Source of the DNA: Octopus vulgaris
Lineage: Eukaryota
Direction: 5' to 3'
DNA: 64,000 nt
Assembly (NCBI GenBank): GCA_951406725.2
Contig: OX597820.1
Location: 32,364,001-32,428,000, forward strand
Below are positions 26,970 to 40,167 of the stretch, piece after piece. How positions within the stretch are numbered: the stretch's first letter is position 1; each line of letters begins with the position of its first letter. The translations under genes and the position numbers were made by a program. A model generated the notes under the pieces. The model was not told the origin of the DNA. It worked only from the letters and a program-made list of their open reading frames with translations, and did not search any database.

Positions 26970-27374
26970 ATCTGTCTATATGTCTATTTATGCACACACA
27001 TGCATGTCAGTGAATATATAATATATATGTGTGTGTATATATGCATAGTTATATCTATCCATACACATATCCACACATATATTTATATGTATCTACATTT
27101 GCTTATACATACATGCACGCATGTATGTACATACATATGCCTATACATACATGCATGCATACATAGATATATGCATACATGCATACATACATACACACAT
27201 ACACACACATACATACATACATACATACATACATACATACATACATACATACATACATACATACATACATACATGCACACATACATACATACACACATAC
27301 ATACATACATACATACATACATACATACATACATACATACATACATACATACATACATACATACATACATAGTA

Positions 27375-28166
27375 CCTGCTAAATAACAGCAGCAAAAATA
27401 AATATATAAATGCAGTGCTGAAATGTGTAGTGAGTAACTTTGTACGAGTTGGCAGTGAGCTCCTCAAAAAGCACTCCCTTCCTGATGATCTATACAGCCT
27501 CAAAACAGCTGGGCTCACTTACCTCAGTGAAGACCTGGATGGAAAGCACTCAGCATGCAAAAAAAAAAAAAAGACCATGCATGAGTATGATGCCCCCAAG
27601 CTTGAAGGAGACAGTAGAATTGACACGGAGCACAGCCTCTCTTGGACACAAGACCACTACATCACATCACACTTCGAAGGCTATGCGTTTGCAATCCAGG
27701 GGACAGGAGATTGCCACAAAGTACCTGGTGAACAAGAGGGACAGTGACACGTTTGTAATCTTAAGGTGCAACCGCATGTGTAGGCTATGTCATGTTTCTG
27801 TAGAAGACATAACGCATGTGATTAGGAGCTATCTTAAAATGTCGTCACGGTACTATCTCCCTATGCCGCACGATGTTGTTGCTAAAACAATTTACAATGC
27901 CATCCGCAAAAAAAAAAAAGACTGTCCTGAAATCAACTTATAAAATCCCTCTGTTATGGAATACATTCGTAAACACCAACTCAAGGAATACTGGTGGAAT
28001 ATTCCCATCAAACTTCTGTCAAATGTAAATAAAACAAGCCGGATATAGTGGTTTGGGACAGAGGAACCTTACAGAGGTTAGCTGCCCTGCAGATATAAAG
28101 TTCTCTTTGAAATCAAAGAAAAAGAGGATATCTATGGACAACTGCTTCGAAACCTCCAACTTCTAT

Positions 28167-28200
<34 letters not shown>

Positions 28201-28975
28201 CTAGTTTCAGCTCACGAGCTGTGGCCATGCTGGGGCACCGCCAACGAATGCTTTTTAGCAACTGCCATTTGGTGCATGAGAGAGTTCGATGCAGCTGCCC
28301 TCATCTGCACCTCCTGCCGTGAAGTTGGTTCATCTGGGATACCTGACAAGAAGAGATCCAGTTTCATTTTAAAGACATCTGCATCCACCCCATGCAGGTC
28401 TCTTAGGTTCTTCGGGAGGATATTGAAGAGCTGTGGGCCTCGGAAGCCCAGGCTATCACAGTATCTTGTCCTACATCTTGATGGCAAATTTGGAGTCCTA
28501 GGCACCACGCAGTGACGCCCAGTTCTGGCATTTGTGTAACTCTCGATGCCAAAGTTTGGGACAAGTCCCCCCAGGATCTTCCAGATGTATATTATGGCAT
28601 ATCTTTCTCGCCTACGCTCCAAGGAATAGAGTTTTAATCTCTTGAGTTTTTCCCAGTAGCTTATATTCTGCACAGACTATGAATTCATATTCATACCAAT
28701 AACAACTGGAGCACTAGGTTTTGTTAGTAAATGCTTAAAGAAGAATCTTGATAAACAGGGATTTTCAGAAAGAGAAATCAACCGGCTAATTTGTACACTA
28801 GAAGTACAATCTATGAGTGGAACAGTAAAAATATGTAAGACTTTTCTAAGTTCCAAATGTGAATTTGGCTGTGTTAATTATATCCCCAAAACGGAGGCGT
28901 GTATCTTTGTTAGAAACCGGCTCCCTCCTCAATGGAAGATTTATAATAATTGGAAGATAAAAGCGGCATACATAC
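27375..28975 (+). pseudogene. Decayed RLE-type non-LTR retrotransposon (R4/NeSL-like), 3' part
   Basis: FEGYAFAIQ, CRLCHVSVEDITHV (zinc knuckle), NKPDIVVWDR, EVSCP and IPITTGALG; split by a CR1 insertion. Confidence 0.85.
28170..28673 (-). mobile_element. 5'-truncated CR1-group LINE, intact 3' end with (AATC)n tail
   Basis: ORF 28212-28673 contains LYSLERRRERY, GPQLFNILP, FKMKLDLFLSGIPDEP and RAAASNSL; nested in the RLE element. Confidence 0.88.
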
Positions 28976-28989
28976 AAACATTTTTTTAT

Positions 28990-29286
28990 GCGCCCTTTTC
29001 AAGCCTAGCCAGGTTCATGGGCACGGTTTCTCAGTTTCTGTGGCGTATGTGTTCCCCCCGGCTGGACGGGACGCCAGTCCATCGCAGCGTTACTCAAGAA
29101 ACAGGAAGAAAGAGAGAAAGTTGGGGGCGAAAAAGTACAACAGGGGTCTTCACCCCCCACCCCCTGTCGGAAACTCGTGGAGCTTTTAGGTATTTTCGCT
29201 CAATAAACACACACAACGCTCGGTCTGGGAATCGAAACCGCGATCCTCCGGCCGCGAGTCCGCTGCCCTAACCACTGGGTCATTGA
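28990..29286 (-). mobile_element. tRNA-derived SINE family D
   Basis: CCCAGTGGTTAGGGCAGCGGACTCGCGG..GTTTCGATTCCC; same family as 52510 and 63917. Confidence 0.8.
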
Positions 29287-29734
29287 CCCACATATAGAAA
29301 CATACATAAACAAAAACATATAGATGCACCTATATTACTTTATGAAACTAGTTCACATATAATAACGTTTCTCTCCAGACTGTTTTCATCATCGTGGATA
29401 TAACCCGGCCTAGTATCTCGACCGGTATACTCTCCAATGGTTTTAGAGTGATTGAACTTGGACCCTCTGTTTACAACCTAGTTCTGATATTCTAACAACA
29501 GGCTTATTGTGTTGGAGTACAATGGCACCGTTATGTTCATGTACTTAGGCTTTAAGTGTAACCATTTGTCTAAATTCATGTTGTTTGTTAGTTTGTATTG
29601 CCGCAATCAATGACAGTCGAAGATAAAACCATTTAGGACAGCTAAAAGCTATGAAACAGTAAGTGTTTAAAGTAGCCTCTTCAATGAACTCACCATTCAG
29701 TCTAGTGAAGAAGTATCCTCGCCCATTGTCTTTC

Positions 29735-29851
<117 letters not shown>

Positions 29852-30182
29852 AATATATTGTCTGAGAGGTACATATAGATACATGCATATGTATGTGCGT
29901 GTGTATATCTATCTATCTATATAATAAATATAGTAAAGAAAAATAAGTTGGCTAGCAGCAAGCTGTTTCGCCTCATACCGAAGGAATTAGAAATGGCAGT
30001 CAAAGACCGTTTTTTTCCATTTCTATAAGTGGAGATTCCAAAAACGAAGGCCCTTGCGGCTCACATACACAAAACCGGAGTGGCAAATATACGAATTCAG
30101 TCACTTACCGTTAATAGCGAACACGGTGTTTCTGGATCACAAACATATAAAAAAAGGGGAGTTTGAATTCCGTCATCAGCGC

Positions 30183-30503
30183 TATATTCGATAGCTTTAT
30201 CAAATGCCACCGGCCCTCACTTCTGACCCAGCGACATCAGATAGTGGGGGGAAGTGCGCAGATGTTAAAACCAAGTAACGACTGGGAACGTAAATTTTCC
30301 CTCCAAAATTCTGCCATGCGCGCCTTCTGGGTAATCGTAATGGAATGAGGAATCCACATGGTAATACAATAAAAATGGTAAATAATTTTCCTGTGGTTTT
30401 TCATGTAACCAACAATTATTTACCGTGCGCACTTCCCCCCACTATCTGATGTCGCTGGGTCAGAAGTGAGGGCCGGTGGCATTTGATAAAGCTATCGAAT
30501 ATA
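30183..30503. repeat. Near-perfect 78-bp inverted repeat with about 165-bp spacer
   Basis: 30183-30260 is the reverse complement of 30426-30503 except for one indel in a G run. Confidence 0.92.
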
Positions 30504-30633
30504 TAATAAATATAGGTAGGGGTATCTCTTAGATACCCTTATTCATGATTTTAATAATAATTATAGCCTATAAAGTTTTTTTCCTTCCCATGTTGCCACC
30601 TGATTGGATCGTTATTTAATAACGGTCTTATCC

Positions 30634-30711
<78 letters not shown>

Positions 30712-30790
30712 TTATATGTATATGTATACATGTAGATATAGTTAAATCTGTCAATGGAAAAGTATATACATTTATAAATATGAAAGTATT

Positions 30791-30822
<32 letters not shown>

Positions 30823-30851
30823 GATATAAATATATGTATGTGTATGTATAT

Positions 30852-30952
<101 letters not shown>

Positions 30953-31539
30953 GTATGTATATGTGTATGTATGTATATATATGCATATATGTATATTGAA
31001 TATGTGTATGTATATATATATATGTATATATATATGAAACCTTATGAGTGAAATTATGGTGAACGTAGACTGTTCTCGAAGCTTCTTGTAAAAAGAAAAC
31101 TGTTCCCATTATGTGTGTGCGTGTTTCTGTCTGTATGTCTCCACTACCACCACCACCAGCACCAATTGACAACCGGTCTTGGTGTGTTTATGTCCCACTA
31201 AACTAGCGGTATGGCTTTAAAAATCGATAGAATAGAGTACCAGGGTTATTAAAAACAAAAAGAACAGGGCCGATTATTTCGACTAAAATTACTCAAGGTA
31301 TGGCCGCAGTCTAATAACTGAAACCAGTAAAAGTATAAAAGATTATATAATTGTATATATTAAAAATATGGTACCCCCATCATGAGTGCAGCTTTGAAGC
31401 TGAAACATTTTAAAGAGAAAGGCGTATACACACAGATATATATACATGTCTATATACACATAGATACATATATGTGTAGGCATATATATATATATATATA
31501 TATATACTTTATTTTAAGCAGCAGAAAATTCAACAAAAT

Positions 31540-31577
31540 CTGTTACTCTGAGTTTCTCGTTGCCGTTCATCAGACAG
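31540..31577 (-). ncRNA. Minimal type I hammerhead ribozyme motif (family D)
   Basis: Minus strand CTGT-CTGATGA-A-CG-GCAA-CG-A-GAAA-CTCAGAG-TA-ACAG: canonical core, GNRA-capped stem II, quasi-palindromic stem III, GUA triplet. Confidence 0.75.
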
Positions 31578-31586
31578 TTTTTGCTA

Positions 31587-31642
<56 letters not shown>

Positions 31643-31927
31643 GTAACATCGTCTGTTTGTCCGTCCTTGTTTTCGCATACATTCGATGCTTTCTTCCAAG
31701 GAATCTAATGCTCTTAGCTTAGTTTTTCCTTGGGGCTGGCCAGATTGGAGCAATCTAAAGATTAATCAGCCGAAATTGCGAGGATGATCCGGTTCTTGAC
31801 TGAGGATAGAAAGCTTCGAATGACCCGTCCTTGTTTTTTTTTCTTTTGTATCGTCTATCTGGATGTTTTGTTGTCCCTCTTTTTATCACCTAGCTGTCCG
31901 GATGTTTTGCGTTCTTGTCTCATTTTG

Positions 31928-32350
<423 letters not shown>

Positions 32351-32655
32351 TCAAACATATATATGTATATATACACGTATAGATACATATATGTGTAAGC
32401 ATATATATATATATATATATATATATGCATATTTATATGTATGTGTATACACAGGCACACAGACACACAGACACACAGAAACTCACACGATCACACATAC
32501 AGGCGCATACACACGCTCATGCGTATGTATGGATGTGTATGTAAGGAAAATGTTAATTGTCATATAAATTTGATACTCTACTTGAATGAATTGAGTGATC
32601 CTAAAGTTAATATTTGACTATCATTGTATATGAATGCATGACAAACAACATATAC

Positions 32656-32697
<42 letters not shown>

Positions 32698-32756
32698 ATA
32701 GAAATGGTGAGACAACAAAAGAATGAAAGAGACCACGATATTATGTAAATAGACTA

Positions 32757-33654
32757 AAACTCAGAGAAATATCTGTCGTGTTTGTATACGCCCCCATCCC
32801 CGCATATATATGGATCGTTTCGCTTTATAATAAGCGAGAATTTGTCAGAAAGCCTGCAGGAAAGCGAAACGACCCACGTTTCACGACAAAACAGGGAAAT
32901 TTGGGGGTAAGAGTTTGATGCTTTGGGGGTACATAAAACGTGATGGTTCAAGAGAGTTGGTTAAAATTGACGGTAACTTGAATAGTGCCAAATTTATCCA
33001 GTTGCTGAAGGACAATTTGGTACCGGGCTTGGATGAACATGAGATTTTTCAGCATGATGGATCTCCATGCCACAGATCGCGTGTAACACAACAGAGTGTG
33101 GCTGATGAAGGTGTTACCGTATTGAAAGATTGGCCAGCTCAGAGCCCTGACTTAAAAATCGTCGAGCAAATGTGGACAGAACTAAAGGGAAGAGGTCGTC
33201 AGAAGAACCTACACATTCTTGAAGAGTTCTGAGAGCTCTACAACAGAGAATGGCATCTCATACCTGAGAAGATGGTGAACGATTTGTACGCATCTCTTCC
33301 CAGGTGCATTAAAGCAATTATTCAAGCCAAAGAAAGCCACACGAAATATTAACAATGTACAATAACTTCTTGAAATGAACATTATGTAATAAATTTTCAT
33401 TATAGACATTTTTCTATTTTAAAACACTGTATCTTGATTGGTTTATGTGAGATGGCCGATAACTTTTGCACAGCCATTTTTGGTGGTCGTCTCGCATCTT
33501 CCGCTCTCATTCAGAACCCCTATTACAAAATCTAACGATTAGGTATAGAAATGACTCCAACAGGTTCAATGTAAAAAACGCGAGGCGAAACATCCACTAT
33601 TGGCTATTAGCAGAAATTTACAATAGTTTAAAGTGGCCAAAGACTTTTGGACAG

Positions 33655-33659
<5 letters not shown>
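32757..33659 (+). mobile_element. 3' part of a Tc1 (DD34E) transposon
   Basis: MLWGYI, IFQHDGSPCH and WPAQSPDLKIVEQMW; right TIR ends GTGGCCAAAGACTTTTGGACAGTACTG. Confidence 0.9.
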
Positions 33660-33733
<74 letters not shown>

Positions 33734-34006
33734 TGTGTGTGTGTCTGTGTATGTGCTGGTTCATCCCCACCCCCATCGTTTGACAACCGGTGTCAGTTTG
33801 TTTACGTCCCCTAATTTAGTGGCTTGGCATGAAAGAAAAAGAAAAAAAAGAGACCAAAAGTATATGTGCGTGGCTTAAAAATATATACTGGGGTCGATTT
33901 GTCCGATGCTCCAGCACGGCCACAGTCCAATGATTGAAAGAAGGAAAAGGAAAATGATAAAAGATACACACACACACACACGCACATACATACATACATA
34001 CATACA

Positions 34007-34034
<28 letters not shown>

Positions 34035-34037
<3 letters not shown>

Positions 34038-34266
34038 TTCTTTATTGACCATAAGGGGCTAAACATAGAGGGGACAAGCAAGGACAGACAAAGAGATTAA
34101 GTCAATTACATTGATCCCAGTGCGTAACTGGTAGTTAATTTATCGATCCCGAAAAAATGAAAGGCAAAGTCGACCTCGGCGGAATTTGAACTCAGAACAT
34201 AAAGACAGACGAAATACCGCTAGGCATTTCGCCCGGTGTGCTAACGTTTCTGTCAGCTTGCCGCCT
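34035..34266 (-). mobile_element. SINE family A
   Basis: Matches 32071-32317; sits in (CATA)n. Confidence 0.85.
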
Positions 34267-34975
34267 TGCATACATACAAACATACATACATACATACATA
34301 CATACATACATACATACATACATACATACAAACATACATACATACATACAAACATACATACATACATACATACATACATACAAACATACATACATACATA
34401 CATACATACACACAGAGAAAGACCCACGCAGATACATACGTACATACATACACACATACATTCATACGTACGTACATACACATATACACGCATACACACG
34501 CGCACATGCATATATAGACACACACACACACACACACACACACGAACATACATACAACACACATACATACGTACATACGCTGGATATGCCATGCATACTC
34601 AAGAGTGAGAGCGACATCTTCAGAGTTGAAGAAGAATTACTGTGAAGGTATTCTACGAATAAAACTGCCTCGTGCGACCCAAAGGGAGAATGGACTGGAC
34701 TATCTAAACAGAAGCTTGTGGTGGGGAGCAGACATCATTCCAGCAAAAAACAATGCACGAGTGCATGTCCAATAAGCTCGAGAGCAACAACAGCATTGAC
34801 TGGAAGAATAGCCACCCCGGGACCTGCGATAGATACATTACATCCCACCAATCAGGAACAGGAGATAGTTACAAATTAAATAATAGGGAGAGAGATACCA
34901 CCAAATTTCCATATTGCGATAAAAAAAATGTCGACTCTGCTATACCAGTGTGGAAGAAATCGCCCGCATAATATG

Positions 34976-35019
<44 letters not shown>

Positions 35020-35021
<2 letters not shown>

Positions 35022-35340
35022 GAAGCACTCCGTCGGTTACGACGATGAGGGTCCCAGCTGATACGATCAACGGAGCAGCCTGCTCGTGATATTAACGTAC
35101 AAGTGACTGCGCACTCCACAGACACATGTACTCTTAATGTAGTTCTCAGGGAGATTCAGTGTGACACAGAGTGTGACAAGGCTGGCCCCTTTGAAATACA
35201 GGTACAACTCATTTTTGCCAGCTGAGTGGACTGGAGCAACGTGAAAGAAAGTGTCTTGCTCAAGACGCGTCACCGGGAATCGAACTTACGGCCTTACAAT
35301 CGTGAGCCGAATGCCCTAACCACCAAACCACGCACCTTCA
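35020..35340 (-). mobile_element. tRNA-derived SINE (family C-related head)
   Basis: GAAGGTGCGTGGTTTGGTGGTTAGGGC..AAGTTCGATTCCCGG head; central part shared with 18530-18570. Confidence 0.7.
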
Positions 35341-35341
35341 C

Positions 35342-35384
<43 letters not shown>

Positions 35385-35425
35385 TAGATAGATAGACACA
35401 TACATATATATACACACACACACAC

Positions 35426-35483
<58 letters not shown>

Positions 35484-35679
35484 TTCTAAGTATGTATATA
35501 TGCATGTATTTACGTATGTTTTCTCTGCATATATATAATCTTTTTTAACTAAATATACATACATATATGCAAATGCATCCGTGCGTGCGTGTATGTGTGC
35601 GTGTGCTTGTGTGTTTGTGTGTGTGTGTGTTTGTTTGTTTGTGTGTGTGCTTGTTTGTGTGTGTGTGTGTGTGTGTGCA

Positions 35680-36690
35680 TTTGATTATGTAAACAGGTGT
35701 AAGACTGCCTAATACGCCCCAAGACGTCTACGAGTTTCTACCTGCCCCCGAGGCATGATATAGTTGCCAAGATTATTCACAATGCCATCCGCTGGAAGAA
35801 CTTCCCTGCCATATATATGCAAGTCACGTGAGAACCAACTTGTATTCTACACCTTTAAAACAAGTAATACTCGTGGAACATCCCAGTAAAGACATCAATT
35901 CGGTGCAAACATAACAAATCTGACATTATTCTGTGAGACAGGCAATAAAAGTTTTGCACTGTTGTTGAGGTCAGCTGCCCAGTAGATGCGAATATACAAT
36001 CAAAAGTCCAGGGAAATTGGGATGTTATATCGTGAATTAATGCAGAACTTATAGCTCTTTTATTCTGACTATGAATTCTTATTCGTGCTTACCATTATAT
36101 ATTTCTTTACTACCCACAAGGGGCTAAACACAGAGGGGACAAACAAGGACAGACAAAGGGGTTAAGTCGATTACATCGACCCCAGTGCGTAACTGGTACT
36201 TAATTTATCGACCCCGAAAGGATGAAAGGCAAATTCGACCTCGGTGGAATTTGAACTCAGAACGTAGCAGCAGACGAAATACGGTTATGCATTTCGCCCC
36301 GCGCGCTAATGGTTCTGCCAGCTCGCCGCCATTATAGGTGGTTCATGTTATGTACCAACAAATTTGCTCAAGAACCTAGAAATACCCGGTTTCACGGAAA
36401 ATGAGGAAAAGAAACTGATACGGATTCTCCAAATCCAATCTATTAGTAGCAAAGTGACGATTTATAAAGCCATTCCCAAAAATTCTCCATGTGAGATTCT
36501 TATATGAATAGATGCACACAATTGTGTGTATGCATCGACAGTTCAACCAACACACCAACTCAACGACATATTTACAAACACCGGGAACACTCTTAACTCA
36601 AAATGTCTTGTTGGTTTTTTAGCGACCGGTTTCAACTCTATCAAGAACGTAAATTAAACTCAAAGAAAAAAAAAACAACCAGCCAACATA
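35680..36690 (+). pseudogene. Second decayed RLE-type LINE 3' part
   Basis: FYLPPRHDIVAKIIHNAIR, NIPVKTSIRCKHNKSDIIL, VVEVSCP and LYSDYEF; homologous to 27375-28975. Confidence 0.8.
36100..36330 (-). mobile_element. SINE family A inserted in the RLE relic
   Basis: Flanked by the direct repeat (CC)ATTATA at 36092-36099 and 36329-36336. Confidence 0.88.
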
Positions 36691-37273
36691 CATACATACA
36701 TACAATTTCGACACAGTTTCCACCTACCAAATTCGCTCGAAAGGCGTTTATTGCTATGGGACTATAGTAGAAGACGCTTACTCAAGGTGTCACACTGGGT
36801 CTGAACTCAAAACCACGGAGTTGCAAAGCTAACTTCTGAAGCTCACAGCCACGTCAACGCTGAGATCCATGCCTTCTCGAATCGGACACCTGTCCCGTGT
36901 TCTTGCAATAGAAGGGATTCGGCTAAAGAGAACTTTGGTAAACTGAGCGACGGAAGGTAACTCGATGCCGAGTGGGCGTGGGTTACGTACAAAGCCAAAA
37001 GGCAGCAGTAGTTCGTGCGGCGACGACACGAACTCCCACCCTCAGTATTGCCCCTATAATCGTGTACAGTTTGTTCTTTGTTATAGCATCGAATATGTGG
37101 CCCTTTGCATTAGTTTATATCGCAATAAGATGTTACTTATTTACCTTTAATGGCAGAGCAGTTGCCCATTATGGGGGTGGGGTGAGGTGTGGGGAGTTAC
37201 AAGGTTGATATTGGTGATGTTGATGATGGTATTGGTGGTCGCCGTTACTATGATGGTGGTGTTGGCGACACCA

Positions 37274-37325
<52 letters not shown>

Positions 37326-37669
37326 ACTTGTACTAGATGTTGTTATTACTGTTGACGTTACTCCTGCTGCTGTTTATGTTGCTGCCGTTAGTGATGGGAG
37401 GTTGACGATAACGATGACGATGATGATGGCGATGATGATGGAGATGATGATGATGATGACGATGATGATGGTGGTGATGATGATGTTGTTGTTGTTGCCA
37501 AAGTTCTTCGTGGCGTTTCCCGTTTTGTTTCTTACTGATAACGATGGTGCTTGTAATGGTGGTGGTGGTGGTGGTGAGGCAAGTGGCCTTGATGATAGTG
37601 GTAAGGGTGAGTGTGGTGGGAAGGTAAGTGATTTTGATTGTAGTGGCAGTGAGTGGAAGCAGTGGTAGT

Positions 37670-37886
37670 GGAGTTGGTGGTGGTGGTGGTGGTGGTGGTG
37701 GTGGTGGTAGTGGTGGTGGTGGTGGTGGTGGTGGTGGTGGTAGTGTTTGTGGTGGTGGCAATGGTGGTGGTGGTGGTGGTGGTGGTGGTGGTGGTGGTGG
37801 TGGTGGTGGTGGTGGTTGGTGGCGGTGGTGGTTGTGGTGGTGGTGGTGGTGGTGGTGGTGGTGTTTGTGGTGGTGGTGGTGGTGGT
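37670..37886. repeat. (GGT)n microsatellite
   Basis: Direct reading of the sequence. Confidence 0.97.
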
Positions 37887-38236
37887 GATTATAACGGTAA
37901 TGGTGTTGTTGATGGTAGTTGTTCTGTTACCGCTGCTGATTTTTCTTCTTTTCCTTTCATACTTTCTACAGGAAGGAAACATTAGGCGGCGAGCTGGCAG
38001 AATCGATAGCACACAGGGCAAAATGCTTAGTTCAAATTCTAAGTTCAAATTCCGCCGAGGTCGACTTTGCCTTTTATCCTTTCGGGGTCGATAAAATAAG
38101 TACCAGCTGAATACAGCAAAATTTTCAGCCCTTGTGTCTATAATAGAAAGGATTATTATTATTATTATTATTATCATCATCATCCTTATTATCCTCCTCC
38201 TCCTCCTCCTCATCATCATTATTATTATTATTATTC

Positions 38237-38400
38237 TATGTTTGACTTTTGCTTTATATTTGTACAAGTTGGCTCCAAGTCTCACCCAGAGACCTCAAGA
38301 GACAACAGGGTTGGAAGTTCATGTTGTTGTTCTGCCTAGTGTGCCATATATTTGGGGGGTGGGGATGTTGTACTAATGAATGTCTAAAAAGAAAAAAAAA

Positions 38401-38436
<36 letters not shown>

Positions 38437-39991
38437 CGAAAATTATGTTTGTTTTAAACCTTGAGATTACATAGAGAGTATTTTGCGTAGGATATGAGCA
38501 GTTCCCATGAGCACTATCTTTTGAACTTCTGCCATTTTTGGGTTTCCTGGTATCTGAGTTAGGTAGCTATCAGCCCCTTTTGCTATCATTCCCAGGGCAC
38601 CTATGACAACAGGTATTGTTTTAGTTTTCAGCTTCCACATTTTGCTGATTTCTATTTCAAGATCTTTATATTTGCTCAGTTTTTGGTAGGTCTTGACAGA
38701 TACGTTTATATCGATTGGGACAGTCATATCAATGAGGAGGCATGTTCTTTGTTTGAAGTTTTTCAATATGATGTCTGGCCTATTTGCATCTATCTTCCTG
38801 TCAGTTTGAATGGTGAAGTTCCAGAGGAGTGAGATGTGGTCATTTTCAAGCACTGGGGGTGGTTTGTGTTCCCACCAGTTTTTTTCATGGGGCAAATCCA
38901 GGTTTTTACAGATTACCCAGTGAATATATTGTGCAGCTCTATCGTGCCTGTTGAGATACTCTGTAGGCGCTAGAAGACTGCACTTGGAGACCACATGGTC
39001 AATGGTTTCATTTTGTTGCTTGCATACACGACACGTTGGACTGCTTCTGATCTTTAATATGTTGGCCTGGTAGTTTCTTGTTGGTAGGCATTGATCTTGA
39101 GCTGCTATGATAAACCCCTCTGTTTCAGATTTTAAGCCAGAGGCCATTAGCCATTGATGGGTCAGGGCTTTGTCGATATCTGTATTATTCGCTCTCTTTG
39201 GGTATTTGCCATAGAGAGGTTTTTCTTGCCATTTATTATTCAGAATATCTAAGGCCGCAGTTTTGGCACGGGTTTTCATGCGCCTAGCTTTTTCTGTGCT
39301 TGTTTCTTGTATATCTATCTCCGAAATTGGTTGTATTCGGAATTCACTTAGATATTCCTTTGCCTGTTTTGTGACTGAGTATGATGCTTTCTTGTTTTCA
39401 TGTTTTGAGACAAGTTTTAGCATCCAGTCCTCAGAGTTTTTCAGGTAGGTGTCTAGGCCAATTGTAGCAATCTTCATTGTTATTGCCAGTTGCAAAAGAC
39501 CACGGCCTCCCTCTTTTCTTGGCAGATAGAGTCGTTCTGTATCTGCCTTAGGGTGGTGCATTCTATGCATTGTCAACAGTTTCCTTATTTTTCTGTCGAG
39601 CTGACATATTTCAGTAATTGACCAGTTAACAATATTGAAACTGTAAGTCACGACTGGTATAGCTAATGCATTGATTGCTTCGATCCTGTTTCTTGCATTC
39701 AGCTCTGTCTTGAGTATTGCTCTCACTCTTCGATAGCATTCTCTCCTGATCCTTTCCTTCATCTCTGAATGCCTTATTCCGTTCCCTTCAATTATCCCTA
39801 GGTACTTGTAGCTCTCCGCTGGGTCTAGTTCTTTTATGACATTCTGTTGGTCAAGGTTAACGTTAGATGTTTCTGTCATTTTTCCTTTGATAAAGGTAGC
39901 CTTTGCACATTTATCGAGGCCGAATTGCATTCTGATGTCGTCACTGAATTGTTTGACTATCGCTAGTAAGCCCTTGAGTTGTTGATCATTT

Positions 39992-39995
<4 letters not shown>
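38237..39995 (-). mobile_element. 5'-truncated R4/Dong-clade non-LTR retrotransposon
   Basis: Bounded by (TAA)n on both sides; contains the ORF listed next and a 3' UTR of about 230 bp. Confidence 0.88.
38467..39993 (-). CDS. C-terminal part of R4/Dong-type RT polyprotein (RT end, CCHC knuckle, restriction-like endonuclease)
   Basis: Uninterrupted frame from KNDQQLKGLL..FSDDIRMQFGLDKC; RLYLPRKEGGRGL; CRVC..ETIDHVVSKC; RHD; NRPDIIL..LIDMTVP..KLSKY; IPVVIGALG. Truncated just after the YxDD motif. Confidence 0.92.
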
Positions 39996-40072
<77 letters not shown>

Positions 40073-40082
40073 GTTGTTGTTG

Positions 40083-40138
<56 letters not shown>

Positions 40139-40167
40139 TATTTATTATTATCATTATTATTATTATT

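Noticed and set aside
31790-31828. CTGAGGA-TA-GAAA-GCTT with flanking complementarity
   Set aside because: No stem II, so not called as a hammerhead without a family consensus.
34590-34970. Possible LINE or exon fragment
   Set aside because: No diagnostic motif in any frame.
37374-38285. 303-aa His/Thr/Ile-rich ORF
   Set aside because: Built from (ACC)n, (ATC)n, (AAT)n and a SINE.
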